A stretch of DNA of 64,000 nt from NCBI GenBank assembly GCA_951406725.2, contig OX597817.1:151156001-151220000 (forward strand). The letters are read 5' to 3'. The notes beneath the pieces are model-generated. The model did no database searches. It had not been told where the DNA came from and saw nothing but the letters and a program-made list of their open reading frames with translations. The position numbers and the translations under genes are program-made. This DNA comes from Octopus vulgaris (Eukaryota). Positions 1-64,000 of the stretch are shown here, one piece after another (within the stretch, counting starts at the first letter, position 1; each line of letters begins with the position of its first letter).

Positions 1-153
1 AAAAAGTTGTATAAAAAAAAAGATTTTTGGTAAAAAATTAAATAAAAAAATTTGGGTAGTAATAGGTTAAAAAAATTTTTTTTGTATTTTCAAAGTGGCT
101 AGCATTTATATAGTAAAAGTTGTAATTCCAATCACAAAAAAAGAAAAAATTAC

Positions 154-52355
<52,202 letters not shown>

Positions 52356-53689
52356 TGTGTTACCATCTGCAGAAAGACGAATGAGATCAAGTCATTGAAA
52401 GTCTTACAAGTCGAATTCAAAGCAAGCTAGAGTGTGAGCTGCCCGGGGAAGCCCCTGAGTTTACTCACCCTTAAAATCATGGCCCAAGTTTATTTAGGCT
52501 TATACAGATGGAGAAAGGGAGAAAATGGAGAGAGAGAGAGAGAGAGCGATGTAGACATATACATTTATATATACTCATAAACAAATATCCAATCACGCAC
52601 ATACGTACATTAAAGTTTTATTTTTTACCTGTAGATTTACCCAATTAACGATACAAGCACTAAAATAACGCACTCTAAGAGATCTCATCTTTTTGCGGTT
52701 GAGGCAATCAGGGTCAAATGCAATGGCTTGGAACTATTTAACATCCGGAAGGGATGTTTTATTTTTGCAGCTGAAATATATGATTCATTAGGCTCATTCA
52801 TTCTAAATTCACTCCGGGAAAAATTAGATCCATTAAAACACGGTGGTGGAGGGCGTGGTTATAGAAATGATTATCTCTTTAAAATGTTTAAGGTGACTGG
52901 TTAACTCTCGTAAAATGAAGGTTCACACATTAGATAGGCTTAGAAAAGTTCTAATTGGTTCTTTCATAAATGTTAGTACTAACTTTGAAACTGTTAACTC
53001 CTCAGCTATTATTTTAAATTTAAGCAGTGAGTAATATTGCTCATACAGAAAATCGAACGAACGCATATTGAGAGAGAGGCACTATCTTGTATATTTTAGC
53101 GATATAGCTAGTAATATTATAAAGTGTTATGTTTTATATCAACTAAGACTCTTAAACCCGTGCTGACAACTATTATAACAACTCACTCAAAGGGAGCAGT
53201 TTTAAAGAAAAAATACATCCAACGATAGAACATTACAAATACAATCAGCAATAGAAAACGAAAGTCGTGTGGTTTAACCCACTCTTTACTTTAAACGCTG
53301 GTTCTATCATCGTCGGATCTTTTTCAAATTCAATAAAAGTGTTTCTTGAGAGATATAAGTTCTACACGATCTCCACTAAAATCAATGTTGCAGCTAGTTA
53401 CAGTCGCGCTGATAATTTTGTTGTCTTTTTAACAAAATTCAATAAAAAGTTGACAGACCCCGCTCACCATGCAGCTGTTATAGCACCTAATATTTGCAAT
53501 TGGACAGTAAATACCTTAGAGAAAATGAATGTAATATATACGAATGTCTTAAATAAAAACGATGGGGATCCGAAAAAGAAAAAGATTACGAAGTATAACT
53601 GTAAATACCTCTAAAATAAGATATTATCAGCTCCTATTCCTTTTGACATTAACAAAAATTGACACTAAGGTAGGAGCTAACTGCAAATG

Positions 53690-54330
53690 AGAATATCGAT
53701 CAGGCAAAGAAGTTCAAAATGTTATGTTATCGAAATGGTCTTTCAACGAAGCTGTTATAGTCATTTCAAGTGAATGAGGTAACGTTAATGAGAATGGAAG
53801 AAATAGAAAAGTTTATAAGCAGGTTGCTACGAAAGTGGTTTGGTCTCACGCCATGTTTAATTTAAATTGGATTCCATAATGATACTACAAAATTATTTCT
53901 GCATCAATACAGCTGGTGTAGGGGATTCTGTGGAATGATTATAATTTATAAGAAAACTCAGAATGAAAGGTGCCGATGGAATTAAAGCTGGAAATGAAAC
54001 GGTAGATTTGAGCTGTGCATGACACATGGACCAGATTTGGACGGATACAGAACAAATGGATATTAATAACATACTTCCGGTAGAGATGAACTGTCGAGAA
54101 CATTTAAGGATTGGAGAACTGGAGAGGAAAACTGACAATACTTATTAGTGGCAGAAATGTATACCAGTAAGGCACAAAGAGTGAAGGACAAATCCTTATA
54201 AAGTAGAAAACAAAATAGCTGTGGCAGCTGCTCCTGTTTTGATAGATAACCAGAGAGAAAAAAGCGGGTAACATTTCTTGATACAGCTGGAGCATTCTTG
54301 ATACTGTTGGAAGGAGTCAAAATCTTTCTT
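53690..54330 (+). pseudogene. Highly decayed non-LTR retrotransposon (R2/HERO-like) RT-thumb relic
   Basis: Fragment MEEIEKFISRLLRKWFGLTPCLI*IGFH..TKLFL resembles the (Y/F)LRRWLG thumb motif; many stops. Confidence 0.45.
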
Positions 54331-54429
54331 ACCTCCACACAAAAACCAATGAAAGGAATGTCTCGATGTGTGTATGTGTGCGTGTGTGTGTGTATCTAAC
54401 TCCATGCTGCGCATGCAGGGTAAATCTCG

Positions 54430-55875
54430 AAGCTTCCCCCTTTCATTACTCTAATCTCACCATTATGCACACATAAATATCAAGGCCACTTGCATTGCCA
54501 TTCTCCCTTTCATTTCACTTTAACGATATAACCAAAAGCTAATCTCTATTCTCACCAACCCTTTCAATTTCTCCCCTCTCAGTCACACGTATATTCAGAT
54601 TTATGGTAACATGCTACGGTGTGTGCAATTCAGAAAAAGGGCAACCTCTCTGATCCTGCCAATTATCACCCTATTACATTCCCTTTCAATATCTCAAAGA
54701 TAATAGAGACTTTCATTAACGACAACCTTTTGGAAACCCTCGTTCTCTCTTTAATAACCATCAGTAAGGCCTTTTAAAAGCCAGATCTATTGGAGACTTA
54801 CTCCATTAGCTCATTCACCGGCGAGTTCTCACCCAGTTGGTGAAACTGTGTTATTCTGCTCAGTATCAGCAAAGCATTCGATCATAGCTGGTTCACAGGT
54901 TTCCTTGAAACTGCTTAACCTAAGGGCTCTATCCGTCTCGTCACTTGGATTAGTGATTTCTAGTGATTTCTAGTCAGATTGCACCGTCGCAGTATGTACA
55001 GAAAGAACTCTCTTTGTCCGTCTCTTCTCTCCATAAATTCTGGCATGCTGCAAGGTTTAATCCCAGACCCTTATGCTTTGTCCTGTACCTCAACGATCTA
55101 CTTACCGTCACGTTTAACAATAACCTTCATTCTTTCCTGACATTCCACACCCAAGCACCGTTAACATACGACTTAGACATCCCTGGCTAAATCTAAACTG
55201 GCTCTCGAAACCGAGACTTCGGAAATATCCTCCAGTGAGGTCATACTAATCGTTCCATTCAACAGTGCAGAGATACCATCACTTGACATATCAAAACAAC
55301 ATCCCACCTACCCACCTAATCAACATAGGACCAACATAGCATAAACTAGGAAACTCAAGGTCGCACAAAAGATATCCCCCATTCACAACCGTCACTGAGG
55401 ATCTTCACGGGAAATTATTAATCCTTAACATTGCAAAAACTGCATCACAAAACTGGCCTTCATAATCAGCCCCAGTTCACTCACCAACAACTGCTAACCG
55501 TCTACAAAGGTTAGATGAGATTTGTGATTGAGCACTGATACCTATTTCTTTACTACCCACAAGGGGCTAAACACAGAGGGGGCAAACAAGGACAGACAAA
55601 CGGATTAAGTCGATTACATCGGCCCCAGTGCGTAACTGGTACTTAATTTATCGACCCCGAAAGGATGAAAGGCAAAGTCGACCTCAGCGGAATTTGAACT
55701 CAGAACGTAACGGCAGACGAAATATGGCTACGCATTTCGCCCGGCGTGCTAACGTTTCTGCCAGCTCGCCGCCGTATTGAGCACTGATACCACATCTAGG
55801 TTGGTACTGTTGCTACGCACACAAATATCTTAGGCCACATTCAAAGAAAAGACACCCAATAGACTGACATAGAGT
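54430..55875 (+). pseudogene. Decayed CR1/Jockey-group LINE reverse transcriptase
   Basis: IQKKGNLSDPANYHPIT (KKG..DP.NYRPI) and SISKAFD (DISKAFD), interrupted by a SINE. Confidence 0.75.
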
Positions 55876-57035
55876 TGTAGCAGACGTGATTTTCACTGTC
55901 ATGATGTGAGATGTTTTTCTCGTCAAAGCTTAAATACTCGTAAAACGGCTCCACAAACCCTTTACGTTCCAGCGGTCACATGACCTCGTGATTAAACGAA
56001 CCTGTTGCTTGTATTGGTTGGTTCCCAGCCGTCCAATCACATTGGTACAACAGTTTATTTTACCTTACGCGAAAATTAACCACTATCTTCTGAGAGCCTG
56101 CTATTCTGTATAAGAAGGACAGTTTTCGACGGTTCGAGGCCTTTGGCACTCGCCACTGACCACACACGCATCTCATCTCCAGCAACGATGTCCTGACACC
56201 AGCCAGTTTCCTTTAGCTAGACCGAAATAATGTCTTCACCACTTGACCCTTTCTAACTTCTTCTATTTCACCAAAAGCTAGAATAGAGATAACAAGATCA
56301 CCAACTAAATCTATTGTTCTCAATGATATGTCTATCCTTCTGGATAGTTATAAAAGCAAGAACACCCAAGCAAAAACCAAGTAGTCACTTGGCGACAACT
56401 GAGCGAGGCAGCTTGTGACGACTCAATAAGTTAGGGAACGAACGGACTGCTAGAATCATGATCACAAGGAATGCAGTTACTAAAGACAATGGTCAGCGAG
56501 AGAAATGAAATTTACTTTCAGCAACTGTGAGACAACGTCCCACAACCCTACAACTTTCACTAGCTCTAATTCTGCGACAACTGAGCGAGGCAGCTTGTGA
56601 CGACTCAATAAGTTAGGGAACGAACGGACTGCTAGAATCATGATCACAAGGAATGCAGTTACTAAAGACAATGGTCAGCGAGAGAAATGAAATTTACTTT
56701 CAGCAACTGTGAGACAACGTCCCACAACCCTACAACTTTCACTAGCTCTAATTCTGTTCTCTTACAACATCATTCTATCTCTCTCCGCAATTACTACTAA
56801 ACAATGAAGAGAACACAAACACAAACTTTACTTCGCATGCTTTTGGATTTATCATAACCTGCCCGTTGAGGCAAGGTATTGTAACGTAACGGTAAATAAA
56901 TACTTTCTTAAAACTTCATGCTTTGTTTCTCTTTCACATCCTACAGTATGCAATTATAACAGCAAATTTTTATCGTTACAACTGCTGACTCCGACATTTC
57001 ATAGTATTGTGTACCTAATCATATTTATCGTTACA
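55876..57035 (+). mobile_element. Possible solo LTR containing a perfect 182-bp tandem duplication (56392-56755)
   Basis: TGT...ACA termini, AGAGT/AGAGC flanks, internal AATAAA near 56895. The duplication is directly visible. Confidence 0.45.
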
Positions 57036-59317
57036 AGAGCCTCACTGCTCACGCTAAACCAGGTTGCACCAAATTAAGTTCTTCTTTGAGTAACTTAGTA
57101 ACATCAAATCGTTTAAAATAAACCCCCCTCTCTCTCTTTCTTTCTCATAATATTATTTGAATCCCGGCTAAGAAACCACATGAAGTGTTAACTGTCTCTC
57201 ATTAAGATCTTCCAATAACAGCGTGTTTGTATTTATCCATTCCCCAAGTCCTGACATGTTCCAGTTTAAAGTGGATTGTTTTATACATTTATTTACTTCT
57301 ATATATTCGTTTTGTTTTGTTTATTTGTTCCCAAGTCAACTGCATCTTAGAATCGGTATGTTACTAAGGTTTCAATCTTGGCAATGTTCCCTTTTTTTTT
57401 TAAATCGTTTGCTTCATTAAATATGAAACGTCTCGAAATGCTTGATAGGGAGGCATGAATGGCTAGTCATTAATCACCTCTAATGATCTAAAAGTATGTG
57501 TATGTATGTATGTATGTATGTATGTATGTATGTATGTATGTATGTATGTATGTATGTATGTATGTATGTATGTATGTATGTACATGTGTGTGCGCTTGCG
57601 TGCGTTTGAATTATTAATGATGTCCTTGAGCCAGTATGTTATATAATACGAATATACATGTATCACGGCGGCGAGCTGGCAGAAACGTTAGCACGCCAGG
57701 CGAAATGCGTAGCCGTATTTCGTCTGCCGTTACGTTCTGAGTTCAAATTCCGCCGAGGTCGACTTTGCCTTTCATCCTTTAGGGGTCGATAAATAAAGTA
57801 CCAGTTACACACTGGGGTTGATGTAGTCGACTTAATCCGTTTGTCTGTCCTTGTTTGTCTCTTCTATGTTTAGCCCCTTATGGGCAATAAAGAGATAACA
57901 AATATACATGTATTCTGTAGATGCCCATATTTTACAAAGCTCTTCTGTGTATGCATGCGGCTACATTATCCTTCTCAGATTTGTATGCTGTATATAAGTC
58001 TAAATGTGTATGTGTGTGCATGGCTGAATGTGTATGTGTGTGATTCAACGTGCGTACATATGTAGACATATAAGTAGGCATATATGTATATACGCTAGCG
58101 TAGCAAGAGTGTGTGCCGCCCGGGGCGAACAGCCCCTACGGCCCCCCTAGCTACTGTAGGGAGTATATATATGTGCATATGTGTATATACATACATACGT
58201 AGTACTTATGTACATACATATATACGTATATACAAACACATATATACATCATACATACGTACATACATACGTACACGCATACATACATATATACATACAT
58301 ACAGACATACATACATACATATATACATACATACATACATACATACATACATACATACATACATACACACATCCATACATCATACATACGTACATTCATA
58401 CATACATACATACATACATCACACGTACGTACATACATACATACACACATGCACGCACATACATACATGCATACATATATACGTACACACATACATACTT
58501 ACATACATACATACATAATACATTCATACATAATACATACATACACACATACATACATACATACATACATACATACATACATACATACATACATACATAC
58601 ATACATACATACATACATACATACATACATACACACGCCTCTATATATGTATCTTACTGGTTTTAGTCATTGCACTACGGTCATGCAAGGGAACCGCATT
58701 GAAGTGTTTAGTAAAACAAACCAATCCCATTACTTAATATTCTAAAGCGAAGTACTTATTGTATTAGTATCTTCTGCTGAATTGCTAAGTTACGCGGACT
58801 TAAATCAACAACAGTTGTCAAGTGGTGGTGAGGAACAAACACAAACACACACGCACATAGAGACGGACTTCTTTCAGTTTCCGTCTACCGATCCCACTCA
58901 CAAGACTTTGGTTGACCCGGAGCTATAGAAGACACTTGCCCAAGGTTCCACACAATGGGAGTGAACCAGGAACAACGTGGGTGCTTCTTCTGATGTAATA
59001 CTCGGACATATCGTCAGTGTTTGTATCCTGAGGTTATGGAGTGTTTTGGGTCTTACATCATACGCCCTAACCTAAGTGAGCTGAACTAAGGTGATCAAAT
59101 ATAGGCCGGATGTGTCCGAAGAAGTAGTACGCTTCTGACCCCACATGTCACCTGTTTTTAGCTAGTCATCTAGATCCATTCTCAGCGTTGCTTTTGATAA
59201 GTTCTTCCTCCGCTCATTGCTAAAATACCCTCGGCTCCACAATGCTTATAGCGAGAGCAACCTGCAAATGGCTGGCTGCCTACCTTCACTTGAGGTCACA
59301 CACTCACAGATATATGT

Positions 59318-59362
<45 letters not shown>

Positions 59363-59371
59363 TATATATAT

Positions 59372-59423
<52 letters not shown>

Positions 59424-59505
59424 TCACAGGAGTGGCTGTGTGGTTAGTAGCTTGCTTACCAGCCACATGGTTCCGGAAACTGAAAAGAAGCCCGTCGTAT
59501 ATATG

Positions 59506-59586
<81 letters not shown>

Positions 59587-59870
59587 TAGTTTGTGTGTCT
59601 GTGTTTGTCCCTCGAACATCGCTTGACAACTGATGCTGGTGTGTTTACGTCCCCGTAACTTAGCGGTGCGACAAAAGAGACCGATAGAATAAGTACTAGG
59701 CTTCCAAAGAATAAGTCCTGCTCGACTAAAGGCGGTGCTCCAGCATGGCCGCAGTCAAATGACTGAAACAAGTAAAAGAAAAGAGTATACAAATACACGC
59801 ACACACATATACATTACATATATATATATACATACACACGCACACACACACACACACACATATATGTATG

Positions 59871-59931
<61 letters not shown>

Positions 59932-60179
59932 GTACAGGCGCAGGGTGGCAATGTCGTAAGAACGTCATGGTTCCTTGACCAGTACCACACTGCGTGGCAC
60001 CATGTGCAAGCGTCTCCTATGGCCTCGGGCCGAACAAAGCCTTATGAGTGGATTTGTTTGGCTGAAACTGAAAGAATCCCGTCGTATATGTTTGTGTAAT
60101 GATGTGAGTGTCTTTTTTGTGTTTGTCCCTCAATACTGTTTTACAACCGGTGTTGGTGTATCTACGTCCCGTAACATTA

Positions 60180-60830
60180 GAAGTTCCAATTTTCATCACA
60201 AGTGATGGTTCTTTTCGAAGAGAGGTCGATTTCATTGCGTTTGAGATGCATATCGCAAATATCGATTCGTTGTGCTCAGTGAATCACTTTCAATTTATGT
60301 GGAACCCAAAAATCAAGTTTTTAACGAGTTTTAACGACATTTTAAGTGATTTTCAATTGTGTGCGATACATTTAACTTCTCTGCGATCTGTCGCACAGTT
60401 ATAATAAGATTCAATTATGGCTTTGATTCGTTTATCAACAACTTCAGAGGTCAACCAGGACGTTGGTCATCTTTGAGTGAAAAATATCCAGAATGGAATT
60501 TTTAAAACCATTTTTGACATGTGCGTTCTGCTAAGCAATCAACACCATAAACTTCATATATCTCTTTGTGCGTTTCAGCAGTTTTCTTGCCTTTACGGAA
60601 ATAAAAAAAAATAAAATATGGTGAAAAGTTTCGTTTTTGTTGTCGATGTTAAAATTGACACTGAAGTAACAGTTGTGAACAAAATTATGCGCAATTTGCT
60701 TCTAAAGTAAGCTAAAAGTAACGGTTATCAATTGTCAAAAAGAAAAATTACAACATTGACAAAAGTCATTAAAAAAATCGTTAACTCCATCTACTTGCGA
60801 AAAACGAAATTACTTTCTTGCCAACTCATA
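60180..60830 (-). mobile_element. Mariner transposon 5' half, decayed
   Basis: KLDFWVPHKL motif, a TCDENW relic of TGDEKW, and TIR-like TA TGAGTTGGCAAGAAAGTAATTTCGTTTT. Confidence 0.8.
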
Positions 60831-61008
60831 TATATATATATATATAGTATGTGTGTGTATGTGTGTGTGTATGTGTGTGTGTGTGTATGTGTGTGTGTGT
60901 ATGTGTGTGTGTGTGTGTGATTACAATGAACAATAGATGACAATATTGAAAGGACAAAGTTTAACTGCTACGTCATTAGCTTAACACTTTTAATGGGACG
61001 AAAAAGAA

Positions 61009-61043
61009 TTTTAACGTTTCGGACGTTGTCCTTCATCAGAAGA
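61009..61043 (-). ncRNA. Minimal Penelope-type hammerhead motif
   Basis: TT CTGATGA AGGAC AAC GTCC GAAA CG TT AA, with a weak stem I. Confidence 0.6.
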
Positions 61044-62059
61044 AAGGGAAAAACCTGAAAGAACTGAGAAAGAAGAGTCAGAGAAAAAAAGAAAGAAAAT
61101 GATAAAACTGTTTCAGGAACCAGGTGTGAGTGTGGTTCTATGGGGGAAGAATTATGAAGGGGGTGTACAAACTTGTACACACATCATTTTCGTATACGTG
61201 GAAAACAGCTACTCTTTATAAACGCGAATATCCTCCATTTTTTGTTAAGGATATTTCGTACTTCCATATAAGTACTTTACTTAAAGTGTTTACTTTATCG
61301 ATCTTAGAAGAATTAAAGGCCAGGCAATCCTTTCTTGAACTAGATATGGTAAAACATGTTTTGCTGTTTTTACAGCATAATTAATAAATAATACATACAA
61401 ACTAATAATATAATTAATGATTAATATATGAGCTATCGTAAACCAACTATTTCCTGCTGTGGCCTTCTTCTAATGATGTATCGACTGGCAATCATCGAAA
61501 GTCGATCCTTTGAAAAAAACTGAGATTTAAATTATACTTTTTACGATTTAAAATAGAGTCAGCAAACCATGGTTAGCAAATTAATTTAATTTAACTGACG
61601 ATTTTATTGAATATGGCTGACATGCTTAAAGTTAAGTATAACTAAGAAGAGGAGGCACAATGGCCCAGTGGTTAGAGCAGCGGACTCGCGGTCGTAGGAT
61701 CGCGGTCCCGATTCCCAGACCGGGCGTTGTGAGTGTTTATTGAGCGAAAACACCTAAAGCTCCACGAGGCTCTGGCAGGGATGGTGGTGATCCCTGCTGT
61801 ACTCTTTCACCACAACTTTCTCTCACCCTTACTTCCTGTTTCTGCTGTACCTGTATTTCAAAGGGCCGGCCTTGTCACTCTCTGTGTCACGCTGAATATC
61901 CCCGAGAACTGCGTTAAGGGTACACGTGTCTGTGGAGTGCTCAGCCACTTACACGTTAATTTCACGAGCAGGCTGTTCCGTTGATCGGATCAACCGGAAT
62001 CCTCGTCGTCGTAACCGACGGAGTGTCTCCTCCAACTAAGAAGAAAAGCAATTCAAAAT

Positions 62060-62375
62060 TACAAGGTGTATACCAAAAGTTTCGAAACTTTTTCAAGAAA
62101 GATATTTATTTATTTCTAAGACGTATGAAACTCTAATCTCCTTCATAGTAGATTTCTCTGACTTTAATGCGCTTGTTCTTTCATTCCAACCACTTCGTCA
62201 AGGTCCCATGGAACGATAATCCACGAGGTTCTCCTTTAGTTTGAGGAACAGCCAAAAGTCACAAGAAACAAGGTATGAACTACTGGAAGGGTGAGGGGCA
62301 GTTTTGATGCTCATCTCTGTCAAGTTGGTTACCAGGATGGAACTGTAGACTGGTGCATTGTCCTGGTGCAGGAGC
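62060..62375 (-). pseudogene. Mariner transposase C-terminal relic
   Basis: LHQDNAPV and KWLE*KNKRIKVREIYYEGD* fragments. Confidence 0.7.
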
Positions 62376-63154
62376 CACCAACCCGAATAGAAGAGGGCAT
62401 CAAGGGAAGTGGGGAGGGAAACACCACAAAAATGGTAAATGGGTAAATGGTTTACGGCACAAAAGAAATCACTTTAAACTTGCTAAAATAATATTTGAAG
62501 TGGTTTATATGATTAGAAATATAATTTCGAAGTGTTCGTCGTGTCATAGCAAGGATCTGATAGAAGATTTTGCAGTTAAAAAACGTAGAAAACTTTTCAA
62601 ATATAAATAAAGTTGAAGTATATGAAAATAAGTGGAGGCACATGACCTAGTGGTTAGAGCATCGGACTCGCGGGTTCGAATCTCAGACCGGGCGATGTGT
62701 GTGTTTATGAGCGAAACACCTAAGCTCCACGCGGCTCCGGGTGAAGGTAATGGCGAACTTCTGCTGACTCTTTCGCCACAACTTTCTCTCGCTCTTTCCT
62801 CTTGCAGCTCACCTGCAACGGACCGGCGTCCCGTCCAGGTGGCGAACCTATACGCCGAGAAACCGGCCTTTATGAGCCAGGCATAGCTCGAGAAGGAACA
62901 AACAAACATATGAAAATAAACATTATTTTCTATTTTACTGTTAGTTTTGTCTCATTTTGAAAAATTAAAATTAATATTATGGTTCATTATTGTTTATATT
63001 TTGAATTACATATATATGGGGGCACCAAAATCTTTTAAGTGCACAGGGTCTCTATAGGTCTCCATCCAGCTCTACTTTGAGCACATTATTAATCGGGGCA
63101 AATACCTTCTACTCTCAAACTTCTCAGACAAACGAACTCGGAATGTATCACTGA

Positions 63155-63535
63155 CTAGCAGTATCGCCCGGCGTTGCTCGGGTTTGTAAGGGAAATAACT
63201 ATAAAGCATTTTTAGAGAGTTATAGCCAAAAAATAGCAAAAAAATGGAAAAATATGATGGTAAATGTTTTTGAGAGTTAAAAAGGTCGAGTTGCGTCCCC
63301 TAGACAGTCTGTGGTTTGTGTTTCTGATTCTCGACCCCATGTCGAATTTATCGATTTTTTTTCAGAACTGGGGGAACTTTTCAAAATTTTCGCTGCGTTA
63401 GTTTTGAATTATGACATTGGGCTATGTGTGTATCAAGTTTCATCAGAATCGGTTGAAAGCCGTGGTCAGGGTGAGGGTACAACCTAACAGACACACAGAC
63501 ACACACACAGACAAACTGCCGTTTATATATAGAGA
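63155..63535 (-). mobile_element. Non-autonomous Helitron
   Basis: 5' TC, 3' hairpin CCCGAGCAACGCCGGG then CTAG, inserted between A and T. It is adjacent to an RTE RT scrap (IQGDIISPKFF, ~63560-63630). Confidence 0.8.
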
Positions 63536-64000
63536 TGTAAGAGTTCTAGCTGGGAATCATGTCATACAAGGAGATATCATCTCTCCGAAGTTCTTTACAG
63601 TATGTCTTGAAATTGTCATGAGAAACATCATCATTACCGGCGTGCTACTAACTTCCCTTCGCAGACTACAACGTATTTTTCGCAGAAATCTCAGATATAT
63701 ATATCTTTTATATATATATCTTTTAAATTCGTTCATGGTAACGTTAAGCGTATGCAGATAAAACTCCTATTTCATTATGCCAGCTACCGTCTAATGATAC
63801 TGACTAGTGAGTCAATATTTCGAGGTTGCATCCATGTTAATACCGATATAATGTAGGATAAATATGATGGAAGCACTCCGTCGGTTACGACGGCGAGGGT
63901 TCCGGTTGATCCGATCAACGGAACAGCCTGCTCGTGAAATTAACGTGTAAGTGGCTGAGCACTCCACAGAAACGTGTACCCTTAACGTAGTTCTCGGGGA

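Noticed and set aside
53267-53614. 115-aa + strand ORF as a divergent gene
   Set aside because: GTG start, no splice signals or recognisable motif, and it adjoins a decayed retrotransposon relic.
61651-61725. tRNA-like cloverleaf heads (also 36066, 37705, 42914, 62633)
   Set aside because: They are 5' heads of multi-copy SINEs, not tRNA genes.

Overview
Eukaryotic, AT-rich, microsatellite- and SINE-dense DNA. The SINE families suggest an octopod cephalopod, but that is inference from memory. No prokaryotic features are present, and most ORFs in the supplied track are microsatellite or SINE noise. Reading splice sites by hand recovers one large minus-strand gene: 20 phase-compatible GT-AG coding exons from 52355 to 154, continuing off the left edge. 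They encode at least 700 aa made of seven tandem ~100-aa plastocyanin/cupredoxin-like repeats, with no copper-ligand loop and no signal peptide. Its introns hold a 5'-truncated Penelope-like retroelement (RT + GIY-YIG) with an inverted pseudo-LTR, and about ten hammerhead-ribozyme motifs occur across the window. Several of these motifs are long-stem-II forms with a palindromic stem III inside (TA)n-embedded elements. Also present are large foldback MITEs, a duplicated exon with a TGG>TGA change, a tRNA-Lys-like gene with a 6-nt insert, mariner, piggyBac, Helitron and LINE relics, and an orphan antisense exon. All coordinates were counted by eye and no database searches were run.
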